Of a stretch of 64,000 bases of DNA, positions 1 to 11,532 are shown in pieces. Each line of letters opens with the position of its first letter. Positions within the stretch are counted from its first letter, which is position 1. The notes under the pieces are model-generated. The model was not told where the DNA came from, did no database searches, and was given only the letters and a program-made list of their open reading frames with translations. The position numbers and the translations under genes were made by a program. The stretch is taken from the NCBI GenBank assembly GCA_963793865.1, contig CAWCBP010000001.1, positions 960,001 to 1,024,000 of the forward strand. The letters run 5' to 3'. This stretch comes from an uncultured delta proteobacterium (GTDB lineage: Bacteria > Desulfobacterota > WTBG01).

Positions 1-698
1 CCACGCGTCCCCTGGCCTGCCCGGACGAGGCTTTGAAGCTTATACTGCGCATCGATAATATGCTTGATGTGCTCCCCGCTCAGGTAGCTTTCCCGGTTCC
101 ACCCATTATCGGACCCCACAGGCATGAACTCAATGAAGCGTATGTGATAGTCATGGCTGAGGGTCAGCCGGGCAAAGTCGAGAATCTCGGTGTCGTTAAA
201 TCCTTTCATGGCTACCACATTCAGTTTAATCGGCTTTAAGCCGACCGCTTCAGCTTTTTCAATTCCCTGTAATACCAGAGACAGGTCCCCGCCCCGGGTG
301 ATTTCCTTAAAAAGCTGCGGCCGCAATGAATCCATGCTTACGTTGATCCTCATCAGTCCCGCGTCAAAGAGCGGTTGTGCGTACTCTGAAAGCAGGATGC
401 CGTTGGTGGTGATGGAAAGGTCCTCAATCCCTTTCACCTTTGAGAGCATTCCTATCAAATCCACCACACCTTTTCTTACCAGTGGTTCACCTCCGGTTAT
501 CCTGACCTTTTGTATCCCCTCCCCTGCCGCCACCGTGACGATGCGGGCTATGTCCTCATAGCTCAAAATGGCGTCGTGCGCAAGCGAAACCACCCCTTCC
601 GGCGGCATGCAGTAAATACAGCGAAGATTGCAGCGGTCGGTGATGGATATGCGCAAATAATTTATTGTGCGCTTGAAGGGATCAACCAGTTTTGTCAC
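1..698 (-). CDS. moaA: GTP 3',8-cyclase MoaA (radical SAM), runs off the window edge
   Basis: Absent from the ORF track because there is no stop in the window. Manual translation from GTG at 698 gives VTKLVDPFKRTINYLRISITDRCNLRCIYCMP...KVRITGGEPLVRKG, with the CxxxCxxC motif and MoaA N-terminus. Confidence 0.93.
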   Translation of the reverse strand, partial: MTKLVDPFKRTINYLRISITDRCNLRCIYCMPPEGVVSLAHDAILSYEDIARIVTVAAGEGIQKVRITGGEPLVRKGVVDLIGMLSKVKGIEDLSITTNGILLSEYAQPLFDAGLMRINVSMDSLRPQLFKEITRGGDLSLVLQGIEKAEAVGLKPIKLNVVAMKGFNDTEILDFARLTLSHDYHIRFIEFMPVGSDNGWNRESYLSGEHIKHIIDAQYKLQSLVRAGQGTR

Positions 699-801
699 GG
701 AAGTTGTTCTCTGAAGGTGGTTTATGCCGAAAACGACAACCCCAAAAATACCGCCTTTCATGCGGTCATACCATATTGCATCCCGGGTTCATGCCGGGCA
801 T

Positions 802-2088
802 TCAGTGCTTTATGCGCTGTTCAAGAGCACTGGCGTGTGCATCCAATCCTTCCAGCCGTGCAATCCGTGCTGCCTTCGGCGCCAGTGCAGCCAGTTCGCT
901 TTTGCTCAGCTCAATAACGCTCATTCGCCTGATAAAATCACTGACCCCTAAAGGAGAAAAGAAACGAGCCGTTCCCGCGGTCGGAAGCACATGGCTTGGT
1001 CCGGCAATATAATCGCCGACCGCAGTTGGTGAAAAGTCGCCCAGAAACACGGCCCCGGCCGCAGTAATACCCGCCAGTATTTCGCGGGGAGCCCTGACCA
1101 TCAATTCAAGGTGCTCGGGCGCAATTCGATTGGCAAGTTCAACCGCGTCACGCATAGATGCCGCATATATCATCACGCCGTTATTTTGGAGGGATTTTGC
1201 CGCAATATCCCGTCTGGCTGACCGGTTGAGCTGGTTGCATACCTCCCGCTCAACGAGGGCCAAAAAGGGCTCGCTGGTTCCAATGATGGCAGCCACGGCA
1301 TCCTCATCGTGCTCTGCCTGGGCGATAAGGTCGGCGGCCGCAAACGCCGGTACAGCGCTGTCATCAGCGATAATCAGAACCTCACTCGGTCCGGCGAGCA
1401 TGTCCAGGCCGACGGCGCCAAAGAGAAAACGCTTGGCGGTTTCAACGTAGCGATTTCCCGGGCCTACTATTTTATCAACCCTGGGTACGCTTTCTGTACC
1501 GTACGCGAGTGCCGCTATGGCCTGGGCGCCTCCCACGCGATAGATTCTGCTCACTCCCCCGATGCGTGCGGCAGCCAGCACCTGCGGGGAATGCCCCGGT
1601 GAAACCATGACAATCTCTTCAACTCCTGCCACGCGGGCCGGTATCGCCGTCATCAACACCGATGACGGGTAGGAGGCCTTGCCTCCCGGAACATACAGCC
1701 CAACCCGCCGCAGCGGCCGAAACACCTCTGACACGGATTCATTATCCGGGCTGTTTTCCCATGAGCACTGCTGATACTGGCGGCGATGGTATGTCTCTAT
1801 CCTCTCCGCCGCCAGGGAAAGAGCCTCGCGATCTTCCGAAGGGATGGATGCATACGCGACTTCCATGTCCTCCCGGGGCAGGCCCACCGAGTGTTTGTCC
1901 AAACTGATTCGGTCAAATTGTTTTGTGTACGCAAAAAGGGCTTCATCCCCCCGCTCCTTCACCTCCCGGAGAATGGCGAGGACAACCGATTCAATTTCAG
2001 CGGCCGATGCTTCTTTTTCAACGACCGCCTGCCGGAAGCGCGTTTCAAAATCGGCATCCGTTGTTCTGAGTTTCTTCAATGTCACCAT
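802..2088 (-). CDS. hisD: histidinol dehydrogenase
   Basis: Motifs GLYVPGG, KIVGPGNRYV, AGPSE, QAEHD, APEHLEL, GDYIAGPSHVLPT. Confidence 0.97.
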   Translation of the reverse strand: MVTLKKLRTTDADFETRFRQAVVEKEASAAEIESVVLAILREVKERGDEALFAYTKQFDRISLDKHSVGLPREDMEVAYASIPSEDREALSLAAERIETYHRRQYQQCSWENSPDNESVSEVFRPLRRVGLYVPGGKASYPSSVLMTAIPARVAGVEEIVMVSPGHSPQVLAAARIGGVSRIYRVGGAQAIAALAYGTESVPRVDKIVGPGNRYVETAKRFLFGAVGLDMLAGPSEVLIIADDSAVPAFAAADLIAQAEHDEDAVAAIIGTSEPFLALVEREVCNQLNRSARRDIAAKSLQNNGVMIYAASMRDAVELANRIAPEHLELMVRAPREILAGITAAGAVFLGDFSPTAVGDYIAGPSHVLPTAGTARFFSPLGVSDFIRRMSVIELSKSELAALAPKAARIARLEGLDAHASALEQRIKH

Positions 2089-2097
2089 GGATGGATC

Positions 2098-3351
2098 CTA
2101 GTCAACTACCGTTCTCACATCGGCCCCAAGCCGCTTCAATTTTTCCTCAACATTTTCATATCCGCGTTCCAGATGGTAAATCCTGCTGATTTCCGTCACT
2201 CCGTCGGCAACCAGCCCGGCAAGGACCAGTGATGCGCTTGCCCGCAAATCGGTTGCCATGACCGGCGCCCCCGACAATTTTTTTACACCGGTAACAAGAG
2301 CGCTGTTGCCGTCAAGGCGGATGCGTGCTCCCATCCTTTTCAGTTCCCCCACATGCATAAACCGGTCTTCAAAAATTGTCTCAGAAATGATGCTGGTACC
2401 GTCTGCCAGACACAGCAAGGCCATCATCTGTGCCTGGAGATCGGTCGGAAACCCCGGATAGGGCAGCGTTCTCACCTCTGTGCCTTTGAGCGGGCGCTTC
2501 CAGCAGACGCGTATGGTGCTGCCCTCCGTGCTGATATGCAGACCAATTTCCTTGAGCTTTTCCAGCACGGCCTGAAAATGGCCGGGATTACAGTTGTTCA
2601 GGGTAACATCTCCACGGGTTATTCCGGCAGCAATCATGTAGGTGCAGGCCTCAATGCGATCCGGCATTATGGTGTGCTCAACCTGGTGAAGCGCCGGAAC
2701 ACCCTCGATGGTGATCACATCCGTACCGGATCCTTCGATGCGGGCCCCCATTTTAATCAAAACCGATGCCAATTCCTCAACTTCAGGCTCCTTGGCCGCA
2801 TTCTCCAAAACGGTTGTTCCTTCAGCCAGGGCGGCGGCCATCATGACATTTTCAGTGCCGGTAACGGTTGAAATATCGAAATATATCTTTGTGCCTTTGA
2901 GCCTTGAGCAGTCAGCCACAATATATCCGCCGTTGAGCTCGATGTGTGCGCCCATGGCCGTCAGGGCTTTTAAATGCAGATCCACCGGTCTGGGGCCGAT
3001 GGCGCATCCGCCGGGCAGAGAAACGCATGCCTTCCCCATTCTGGCAAGCAGCGGTCCCAACACCAGAATAGATGCCCTCATTGTCTTTACCAGTTCATAG
3101 GGAGCGCGATGGGCACGGAGATTCGATGCGTCAACGCGCACCTCACCCTTGGCGCTGCTGACATCGGCACCAAATTCGGAGAGGAGACGTACAATGGTGG
3201 TTATATCCCGGAGGTCAGGGACATTTGCGTAGACCGAGCATCCGTCTGCCAGCAGCGATGAGGCAATAATAGGCAGGGCCGCGTTTTTGGCGCCGCTGAC
3301 ACTGATTTCCCCGCGCAGGGTGTTGCCTCCTTTTATCATTAATTTTTTCAT
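2098..3351 (-). CDS. murA: UDP-N-acetylglucosamine 1-carboxyvinyltransferase
   Basis: [24 protein letters not shown] (catalytic Cys), [15 protein letters not shown]. Confidence 0.98.
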   Translation of the reverse strand: MKKLMIKGGNTLRGEISVSGAKNAALPIIASSLLADGCSVYANVPDLRDITTIVRLLSEFGADVSSAKGEVRVDASNLRAHRAPYELVKTMRASILVLGPLLARMGKACVSLPGGCAIGPRPVDLHLKALTAMGAHIELNGGYIVADCSRLKGTKIYFDISTVTGTENVMMAAALAEGTTVLENAAKEPEVEELASVLIKMGARIEGSGTDVITIEGVPALHQVEHTIMPDRIEACTYMIAAGITRGDVTLNNCNPGHFQAVLEKLKEIGLHISTEGSTIRVCWKRPLKGTEVRTLPYPGFPTDLQAQMMALLCLADGTSIISETIFEDRFMHVGELKRMGARIRLDGNSALVTGVKKLSGAPVMATDLRASASLVLAGLVADGVTEISRIYHLERGYENVEEKLKRLGADVRTVVD

Positions 3352-3480
3352 TTTCTATCAGCCCAGCGTACCTGCAGGTATGAGAACTGCACGGCACAAA
3401 TCCTATCAGAACAGCCGTAATAAATCAAAGCAATTAAGTTTTAATATCAAAGCATTAGGCGTGTCATTTCAAACAGATAT

Positions 3481-4383
3481 TTAACGTTTTTTTGCCTTGA
3501 TAACCCTGGTGATTCCGCCCAAATCCACCTCTTTGGAAACGGGCTCGAAAAGTGCGCTCCGGGCTATAAGTTTTGCTACGCTCACATCCTGCCCACGGCC
3601 GACTTCAAACAGTAAATATCCCCCCTCCCTGAGCATCCTGCCGGCAGCAGGGATTATATCCCTGTAGAATGACAGACCATCGGGACCTGCCCGCAATGCC
3701 CCTTCGGGCTCATATTCTCTGATTTCAGGCTGCGCCTCATTCCACTCCTGATCTGTAAGATAGGGGGGGTTGGAAAGTATGCAATCAAAGTGGTCCGACT
3801 GTTCATGCATTACAAACGATGTAAGCTTATCTGCCACCAGGAAGCATATCTTATGATCAACCCCGTTCAAACGGGCGTTGGTACGGGCAAGCTCAACGAT
3901 CCGCACCGTACAATCGCTGGCCGTAACCCTGATGCCGTCGATTTCCTTGGCCAGGCTCACCGCTATAACGCCGCTTCCGGTGCCCACATCTGCAATCCTC
4001 GGGCAATCATTCTCTCTCCTGAGATCGCCGTACAGGGTCATTACCGTGTCAACCATGGTTTCTGTTTCCGGCCGGGGTATCAGGACATACGGTGAAATTT
4101 TGAAAGGAAGAGAACGAAATTCCTTCATGCCGGTTATATACGCCACCGGCTCGTGCCGTGCCCGTCTGGCAATGGCCTGTCGGAACCTTTCGCGGCAGTC
4201 ACTCTCAAGGGCACCTGCCGCATCCCGGTAGAGCGTCACGCGGTCCGCGTTCATGATATGGGCGAGAAGGACTTCCGCGTCAAGGCGGGGACTTTCTATT
4301 CCCGTATGCCTGAGTTCACCCACCGCCCATTGGAGCGCATGCGAGATGGAGGATAATGGGTCATTCACCGATAGGGTCCGCAC
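3481..4383 (-). CDS. prmC: release factor glutamine methyltransferase
   Basis: LIPRPETE, DVGTGSG, SNPPY; downstream of prfA. Confidence 0.96.
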   Translation of the reverse strand: MRTLSVNDPLSSISHALQWAVGELRHTGIESPRLDAEVLLAHIMNADRVTLYRDAAGALESDCRERFRQAIARRARHEPVAYITGMKEFRSLPFKISPYVLIPRPETETMVDTVMTLYGDLRRENDCPRIADVGTGSGVIAVSLAKEIDGIRVTASDCTVRIVELARTNARLNGVDHKICFLVADKLTSFVMHEQSDHFDCILSNPPYLTDQEWNEAQPEIREYEPEGALRAGPDGLSFYRDIIPAAGRMLREGGYLLFEVGRGQDVSVAKLIARSALFEPVSKEVDLGGITRVIKAKKR

Positions 4384-4511
4384 CGAATGAGAATTATTGT
4401 CCCGTCATGATCTCAGCCGGTACCGACTGATGCGCGATGGCGATTCGCATGATGGGATTATATATGCGCTGCGGCGGAAAACCGGCATACGGCAGGGAGG
4501 GAAAGCAGACG

Positions 4512-5588
4512 TTACTGGGAAAGGATGTCCGATGATTGCAGTGACTCGGTCTGGAAGTGAGTGGTGATCTGATCAATGATCGTGTCAAGATCTCCCTCCA
4601 GCACACATTCCAGATTGTGCAGGGTAACGCCGATGCGGTGATCTGTAACCCTTCCCTGGGGGTAATTATAGGTGCGGATGCGCTCGCTCCTGTCCCCGCT
4701 TCCCACCTGGCTTTTTCTCTCCTGCGAAATCTCGGACTGCTGCTCCTGCACGGCCCTGTCCAGCAGACGCGCCCTGAGAATCTTGAGCGCCTTGGCCTTG
4801 TTTTTAAACTGCGATTTTTCATCCTGGCAGCTGACCACCAGTCCCGTGGGCAGATGAGTCATTCGTACCGCCGAGTCCGTCTTGTTGACGTGCTGTCCGC
4901 CCGGACCTGATGACCTGAAAACGTCAATCTTGAGATCATTGCTGTCAATTTCAATTTCAACCTCCTCCGCTTCGGGTAAAACCGCCACGGTAACGGCAGA
5001 GGTGTGGATCCTGCCCTGCGATTCCGTCGCCGGAACGCGCTGCACCCGGTGCACGCCGCTTTCGTACTTGAGCCTGCTGTACACCTGCCTGCCCTCAATT
5101 AAGGCAATCATTTCCTTGAATCCGCCGAGACCGGTCACATTTTCACTCAGTATTTCAACCCGCCAGCGCTGCTTTTCAGCGTACTTGGCATACATCCTGA
5201 AAAGATCGGCCGCAAAAATAGCTGCCTCTTCCCCTCCGGTCCCCGCCCTGATTTCCAGAATTATGTTCTTTTCATCCCTGGTATCTTTCGGAACCAGGAG
5301 CGTTGTAAGACGCTGCTCCAGAGTTCCTTTTTCCTCCCGCAACAGATGGGCTTCGGCCTTTGCCATCTGCCGCATATCTTCGTCGCGTTCAAGTGCCAAT
5401 TGCTCGCTTTCTTCAAGTTCAGCGCACACCTTCTTATACCTGCGATAGGTGTCGAGCAGTTCGGCGAGGTCGGAACGCTCCTTGGCATACTGCTGAAAGC
5501 GCTTCTGGTCATTAATGACTTCGGCAGTACTCAGAAGCGTGTCCAGATGCATGCAGCGTGTTTCAATGTATTCCAGTTTTTCAAGCAT
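4512..5588 (-). CDS. prfA: peptide chain release factor 1
   Basis: GGQ motif ([16 protein letters not shown]), PAT anticodon-mimic motif, [11 protein letters not shown]. Confidence 0.97.
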   Translation of the reverse strand: MLEKLEYIETRCMHLDTLLSTAEVINDQKRFQQYAKERSDLAELLDTYRRYKKVCAELEESEQLALERDEDMRQMAKAEAHLLREEKGTLEQRLTTLLVPKDTRDEKNIILEIRAGTGGEEAAIFAADLFRMYAKYAEKQRWRVEILSENVTGLGGFKEMIALIEGRQVYSRLKYESGVHRVQRVPATESQGRIHTSAVTVAVLPEAEEVEIEIDSNDLKIDVFRSSGPGGQHVNKTDSAVRMTHLPTGLVVSCQDEKSQFKNKAKALKILRARLLDRAVQEQQSEISQERKSQVGSGDRSERIRTYNYPQGRVTDHRIGVTLHNLECVLEGDLDTIIDQITTHFQTESLQSSDILSQ

Positions 5589-5653
5589 GGGGCATCACAC
5601 GAAGAAAATTTGTTACCGGCCGGTATTCGATGAGAGCCATGCGGACCCCGACG

Positions 5654-5863
5654 CTATTTGACATCCTTTTTTGCATACCGTCGCTGGAACTTTTCAACCC
5701 TGCCTGCAGAATCAACCAGCTTCTGCTTGCCGGTAAAAAAACCGTGACACTTGGAGCATACTTCCACCTGGATGTCCTTTTTGGTGGAACGGGTTTCGAT
5801 GGTACTGCCGCAGGCGCATTTAATAACCGCCTCGGCATATGCAGGATGAATTCCCTTCTTCAT
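5654..5863 (-). CDS. rpmE: 50S ribosomal protein L31 (Zn-binding type)
   Basis: [24 protein letters not shown]. Confidence 0.97.
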   Translation of the reverse strand: MKKGIHPAYAEAVIKCACGSTIETRSTKKDIQVEVCSKCHGFFTGKQKLVDSAGRVEKFQRRYAKKDVK

Positions 5864-5908
5864 TGCTCCTCCCTGTGTGATAGATGATGGATGGTTACCG
5901 GTTGAAGC

Positions 5909-7156
5909 TCATTTGCTCATCGAGGCAAGAAAATCCAGGTTGTTTTTGGTATCCTTTATTTTCTCCAGCAGGAATTCCATGGCATCAATGGTGCTGAGCG
6001 GCTGAAGAACTTTCCTCAATATCCAGATCCGGTTGATATCGTCGGGATTCAGGAGCAGCTCTTCCTTGCGTGTCCCCGAGCGGTTAAAGTCAATGGCGGG
6101 GAAGACCCTTCGGTCGCTCAGCTTTCTGTCCAGGTACAGCTCCATATTTCCCGTTCCCTTAAACTCTTCAAAAATAACCTCATCCATTCTGCTTCCCGTG
6201 TCAATCAGCGCCGTGGCGACAATGGTGAGGCTTCCGCCGTCCTCCATTTTGCGGGCGGCGCCAAAAAAGCGCTTGGGGCGATGCAGGGCATTGGAATCAA
6301 CGCCGCCCGAGAGCACCTTGCCGCTGGGCGGGACCACGGTATTGTAAGCACGGGCAAGCCTGGTTATGCTGTCGAGCAGAATGACCACGTCTTTTTTGTG
6401 TTCAACCAGCCGCTTTGCCTTTTCGATTACCATCTCCGCCACCTGGACATGCCTCTGCGCCGGCTCGTCAAAGGTTGAGCTGATGACCTCACCCTTTACG
6501 GAACGCTGCATGTCGGTAACCTCTTCGGGACGTTCGTCAATGAGCAGGACGATGAGTATGACCTCGGGATGATTATTGGTGATGCTGTTGGCTATGGCTT
6601 GCAGGAGAATTGTTTTTCCGGCGCGCGGCGGCGATACGATCAGTCCGCGCTGCCCTTTGCCGATCGGGGTCATCAGATCCATGATGCGGGCGGAGAGGAC
6701 GTCCGGGGTTGTCTCAAGCACAAATTTTTCCTGCGGATACAGGGGCGTGAGATTGTCAAAGAGTATCTTATTCCTCGCCTCTTCGGGATCCTCAAAGTTC
6801 ACCGACTCAACTTTCAGCAACGCAAAATAACGCTCGGATTCCTTCGGGGGACGAATTTGACCTGAAACCGTATCACCGGTGCGGAGGTTGAATCGCCGTA
6901 TCTGGGACGGGGATATGTAAATATCGTCGGGCCCCGGCAGATAATTATAATCGGGGGCCCTTAAAAAGCCAAAACCGTCGGGTAATATTTCGAGCACCCC
7001 CTCTCCATAAATCTGACCGTTCTTTTCCAGTTCAGCCTGCAGCAGGGCAAAAATGAGATCCTGTTTGCGCATGCCGCTTGCACCTTCTATGCTCAAGTCG
7101 TTGGCGAGGGTTATCAATTCGTTAATCCGCTTCTCTTTTAAATCCTTCAAATTCAT
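5909..7156 (-). CDS. rho: transcription termination factor Rho
   Basis: [44 protein letters not shown]. Confidence 0.98.
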   Translation of the reverse strand: MNLKDLKEKRINELITLANDLSIEGASGMRKQDLIFALLQAELEKNGQIYGEGVLEILPDGFGFLRAPDYNYLPGPDDIYISPSQIRRFNLRTGDTVSGQIRPPKESERYFALLKVESVNFEDPEEARNKILFDNLTPLYPQEKFVLETTPDVLSARIMDLMTPIGKGQRGLIVSPPRAGKTILLQAIANSITNNHPEVILIVLLIDERPEEVTDMQRSVKGEVISSTFDEPAQRHVQVAEMVIEKAKRLVEHKKDVVILLDSITRLARAYNTVVPPSGKVLSGGVDSNALHRPKRFFGAARKMEDGGSLTIVATALIDTGSRMDEVIFEEFKGTGNMELYLDRKLSDRRVFPAIDFNRSGTRKEELLLNPDDINRIWILRKVLQPLSTIDAMEFLLEKIKDTKNNLDFLASMSK

Positions 7157-7576
7157 CTGTTTTTCTCCTTAGGGATAATATTTAAACAGTGCCTGATGCC
7201 ATCGTGTTCCGAAATAAAAACGCAGGTGATCACTGCCGCCTGTAGCGCTTCCGGCACAAAACCGTCAACCCGCTTTCTTTGGAGCGTATCCGCTAATAAA
7301 AAACCGGGTCTGGTATTGGGGAGGAAGTTCATTCCTGTGACGCGCACGAAGGGGATTTGGGAGCTTATGAGCGATTTTCCCTGGCTATGGTGTTAGAAGC
7401 CTTGCGGGGCAATGGGGTATACTATTGCATGTAGTATGAATTATGATTTCCGAGTCACGATGATGATATCTGCAAGATTCGTATATAGGATTTACCCGGG
7501 GGCGGTACAGGAAAAGGTATAAACTTTTATCCTCTGGGAATTAACGCCGGAAGGTCCAGTACCTTATTGATGCTTA

Positions 7577-7604
7577 ACCATATCACAGGGAATAATTCTG
7601 TCAA
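7577..7604 (-). promoter_or_regulatory. putative sigma70 promoter for rho
   Basis: TTGACA, 16 nt spacer, TGn-TATGGT on the minus strand, about 420 nt upstream of the rho ATG. Confidence 0.4.
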
Positions 7605-7665
7605 GCATTTTTTACGGGCCTGACACGCTAACTTCAGATCATCCTTGTTCACCGTTTGCATGCAA

Positions 7666-8274
7666 TTAAGTCGATGCCAACGCGCACAGCAGCTTAAAAA
7701 GCATTCGCGTCTGCCTCCTGGTCTGTGCCAGCGATCCCTGATTGCTGATGACATAGTCCGCCACGTGCATCTTTGGTGCTAAAGGCAATTGGGAACGCAG
7801 ACGTCTTTGAGCCGCCGTCAATGAGCAGCGGTCCCTGCGCATGAGCCTGGCAAGCTGAACATGTTCATCAGCTGCAACCACCACCAGCTTGTCGTAATCC
7901 CGGTGCATGCCTGTCTCCACAAGAAGGGCGGCATCAACGATGACCAGGGCGCCGGCATCATCGCGTCCTATATCTGTAATCATCTGCCTGATGCGCTTCT
8001 TGATCGCGGGATGAATGATCCTGTTCAGGCGCATGCGCTTTTCAGGATGGGAAAATATCTGCGATGCCAGTTTTTTGCGGTTAATGCTGAGATCCTTGTT
8101 GAGAATGCCTTTCCCAAAATGAGCGGTTATGCTCTTCCAGCACCGGGTGTGCGGCAGCACCAGCTCTCTGCTCACCATATCGGCATCGATAACCCGGGCG
8201 CCCAGATGCTTCAATATTCCGGCTACGATGCTTTTGCCGCTGGCTATGCCTCCGGTCAGGCCTACGACGAGCAT
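7666..8274 (-). CDS. coaE: dephospho-CoA kinase
   Basis: VGLTGGIASGKS, IDAD, IIHP. Confidence 0.95.
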   Translation of the reverse strand: MLVVGLTGGIASGKSIVAGILKHLGARVIDADMVSRELVLPHTRCWKSITAHFGKGILNKDLSINRKKLASQIFSHPEKRMRLNRIIHPAIKKRIRQMITDIGRDDAGALVIVDAALLVETGMHRDYDKLVVVAADEHVQLARLMRRDRCSLTAAQRRLRSQLPLAPKMHVADYVISNQGSLAQTRRQTRMLFKLLCALAST

Positions 8275-9224
8275 GCGGATTCCCTTAGGATGGTTAGCAG
8301 CGAACGCAGCTCGGGTGGCAGCGGTTGAGTAAATTCGAGATGCTGCCCGGTGAGAGGATGGTCAAAACCCAAAAGACAGGCATGGAGAAAAGGCCTGCTC
8401 AACCGGCTGAGCGCACTCCGGACCACATCATTGCCTATTCGGGCAATGCATTTTTTCCCGCCGTAGACGCTGTCGCCCAGGATGGGATGATGTGCCGCAG
8501 ACATGTGCACTCTGATCTGGTGGGTTCTCCCGGTATGGATGCATACCCTGAGGAGTGAGCAGTCATCGTACTGCTCGATCCGATTCCAGCGGGTGAGAGC
8601 CGCCCTTCCCTTTTTGGCATGGACCGACATTTTCTTTCTGTCAGCCCGGTGCCTTCCAATATCCATCGTCATGCTGCCTGCAGGGCTTTCCATCCGGCCG
8701 AACACCAGGGCCTGATACTCTTTCCTGACCGTGTGATTTTTGAATTGCCGTGACAGATGACAATGGGAGGCGTCATTTTTCGCGACTACCATAAGGCCGG
8801 AGGTATCCTTGTCCAGCCGATGCACTATCCCCGGCCGCTGTACCCCGCCGATTCCCGCCAAGAAATGACAGTGTGAGAGGAGTGCATGAACCATCGTGCC
8901 CGTATAGTGCCCGGCTGCGGGATGAACCACCATCCCGGCCGGTTTATTGACGACAATGACTGCCTCGTCTTCAAAGGTGACATCAAGCGGGATTGGCTCC
9001 GGAGTGAGGGTTGCATGCCGGGGAGGCGGAAGCGTCAGCTCGATAACATCGCCTCCTTTGAGACGGAATGCCGCTTTGACCGGCATCCGGTTCACGGTTA
9101 CATGGTCTGTCTCAATTAATTTTTTTATCTGGGATCGGGTAAGGGATGTCGCCTGTCCTGCTAAAAACAGATCCACTCTCTGTTTAACGGCACGGGCGTC
9201 AACGGTGTATCTGACTGTTTTCAT
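8262..9224 (-). CDS. rluD: RluA-family 23S rRNA pseudouridine synthase (RluD-like)
   Basis: S4 domain, VNKPAGMVVHP, HRLDKDTSG, TGRTHQIRVH; start placed at MKTVRY. Confidence 0.9.
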   Translation of the reverse strand: MKTVRYTVDARAVKQRVDLFLAGQATSLTRSQIKKLIETDHVTVNRMPVKAAFRLKGGDVIELTLPPPRHATLTPEPIPLDVTFEDEAVIVVNKPAGMVVHPAAGHYTGTMVHALLSHCHFLAGIGGVQRPGIVHRLDKDTSGLMVVAKNDASHCHLSRQFKNHTVRKEYQALVFGRMESPAGSMTMDIGRHRADRKKMSVHAKKGRAALTRWNRIEQYDDCSLLRVCIHTGRTHQIRVHMSAAHHPILGDSVYGGKKCIARIGNDVVRSALSRLSRPFLHACLLGFDHPLTGQHLEFTQPLPPELRSLLTILRESACSS

Positions 9225-9276
9225 CGAAGCAGTACGCGTCTTCAGAGGATAACCACCAGCGGTTATACAACATCGC

Positions 9277-9903
9277 TTACTCCAGCAACTCCGTATTCCA
9301 GTAGGATGCATCTATAAAATCGAGGAAGGGCCGCCACTCCTTGCACTTTATATCCCGAATGGTAAGCCTGTTAAGCGGCGTCCAGCGGGGCTTGCGGGGA
9401 GTCCTGAGCAGCTTCATGTGCGCCTGCCGCGGCGTTTTGCCTCCCTTATCCCTGTTGCAGGTAAAACAGCAGCAGACAACATTTTCCCACACACTTTTTC
9501 CGCCATAGGAACGGGGAATGACGTGATCAATGCTTAATTCATTTCTGGTAAAGCTCACACCGCAGTACTGGCACATGTTGCCATCGCGCGCAAAAATATT
9601 TGCCCGGGTAAAGCGAACCTGCGTCCGGGGAATGTGATCATACGCCACCAGCATGATTACCCGCGGTATTTTAATAAGCCGGTTGACCAACCCGATGGCA
9701 TCATCCCTCTGTTCAACGGCAAGTTGCGACCAGCTCTCATAGTCAAATGTCTTATACTGACTATCAACTGCCCTGGCCACCCCGCGGTAGAGCATGCAAA
9801 ATGCCTGCTTCACGGTGGTCAAATTGACAGGAAAAAAAGAACGGTTGAGGACAAGAACATTTGAGTAGATCACGACCATCTTCCTCCCCGCACAAGGCGG
9901 CAA
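9277..9903 (-). CDS. HNH endonuclease (McrA-like)
   Basis: VLVLNRSF, RDGNMCQYCG, SIDHVIPRSYGG, WENVVCCCFTCNRDKG. Confidence 0.9.
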   Translation of the reverse strand: MPPCAGRKMVVIYSNVLVLNRSFFPVNLTTVKQAFCMLYRGVARAVDSQYKTFDYESWSQLAVEQRDDAIGLVNRLIKIPRVIMLVAYDHIPRTQVRFTRANIFARDGNMCQYCGVSFTRNELSIDHVIPRSYGGKSVWENVVCCCFTCNRDKGGKTPRQAHMKLLRTPRKPRWTPLNRLTIRDIKCKEWRPFLDFIDASYWNTELLE

Positions 9904-9945
9904 AGCTCATCTTTGCTCAGGACTTGGTCAGCTCCGCGCCCTCAC

Positions 9946-11365
9946 TTACGAAGGTGAAGCGGCACAGCAGCTGATCAGCGCGGCCTCAAGCTCTCCTTCC
10001 TCCTGTTCGGCAACGGTTCTTAAATCAATTCGCACTTGATCCCGGTGTATTCTGGCTATGACAGGCGGCTTGTGGCCCCTCATCCTTCTTTCCAGCTGCT
10101 CAACCGGAAGCGAAGATGAGCTCAGCGCGATCACCCGGGTGGGCAGGCGCTGCAAGGGAAGAGCGCCGCCGCCGATCTGGGAGGTGTCATCTTCAAGACC
10201 GATGGACATATCCAGGGGCAGCCTCGGACGGATCCTCTGGATCAGGGCACCCGCTCTCTGCTCTATTGCTTTCGCCGTCACGGTTATCATTCTGATGGTG
10301 GGCACCCTGCGAATGACTGATTCCCGGTCGAGGTATAAACGCAACGTCGATTCCAGCGCAGCCAGGGTCAATTTATCAATTCTTAATGCCCGGTTCAAGG
10401 GGTTTTTTATTAATTGTTCCACAACCTCTTTTTTGCCGACCACGATCCCTGCCTGCGGGCCGCCCAACAGCTTGTCGCCGCTGAAGGTAACAACGTCCAC
10501 CCCCGTTTGCACCACCTCCTGGACAGTGGGTTCGTGCTCAAACCCATAGTGAGATAAATCAATCAAACTGCCGCTTCCCAGATCGGCGATGACGTGGAGT
10601 TTATGCTTTACGGCCAATTCTACCAGTGAAGGAACATCAACCTGTGATGTAAATCCCAGTATCCGGTAATTGCTGGTGTGCACCTTTACCATAACCGCGC
10701 TTTTATCGGTGATGGCATTTTCGTAGTCGCTGAGGTGGGTTTTATTCGTTGTGCCGACCTCAACCATGCATGCCCCGCTTCTCGACATAATATCGGGGAT
10801 GCGGAATGACCCACCGATTTCGACAATCTCACCCCTGGAAACAATGGCCTCCCGCCCGCAGGACAGGGTATTGAGCGCCAGCAGTACTGCAGCCGCGTTG
10901 TTGTTTACCACGAAGGCTGATTCAGCACCGGTGAGTTCGCACAGCAGCTCCTGTACATGCCCGTATCGGGATCCCCTCTCCCCGCTCTGCAGATCATATT
11001 CCAGATTCGAGTAACATCGGGCCACCACACTCATGTGCTCAATTGCCTCATCCGGAAGAATGGACCTGCCCAGATTGGTATGCAATATCACCCCGGTGGC
11101 ATTGATAACGCGCTGGAGCACCGGTTTTGAAAAAGAAATTATTTCCTGCTCAATCTCTTCTCCCCGCACAATGCCGATGCTGCTCTTCAGCACCTGCAGC
11201 CGTTACGTCATCCGCCGTGACAATTGTTTCCCGCAGGGCGGCAAGTCTCTTTTGTACCGCTTTAACCACCAGGCCCCTTGAATAGCGCGTCATCAACGCC
11301 GCAATGTCGTCTTGTTCAAGAAGCTTATCAACCGGTGGTATCATCCTCAACAGGTTCTGGCGCAT
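9946..11365 (-). CDS. selA: L-seryl-tRNA(Sec) selenium transferase, split by a 1-nt frameshift between about 11150 and 11205
   Basis: VINATGVILHTNLGR, FSGDKLLGGPQAG (PLP Lys) and RALRIDK lie in 9946-11193. The SelA N-terminus (LLRMIPPVDKLL) lies in a different frame (11150-11389). Confidence 0.92.
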
Positions 11366-11532
11366 AGTGACATAATCCTTGATGATCATTACCGTGGCTC
11401 ATGCATGGCAGGCCATCCTACCATATCTTATCGTCATGTTGAAGCACAGTCCTTAGCGTTGTCAGCAGGGCTTTTATGTTTTGCATTTCATCACTAAATA
11501 GTGTAAACTTCGCCTAACCACATACTTATAAC

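Noticed and set aside
33..1012. Plus-strand ORFs at the window start
   Set aside because: Antisense shadows of moaA and hisD; the same applies to most short ORFs overlapping the called genes
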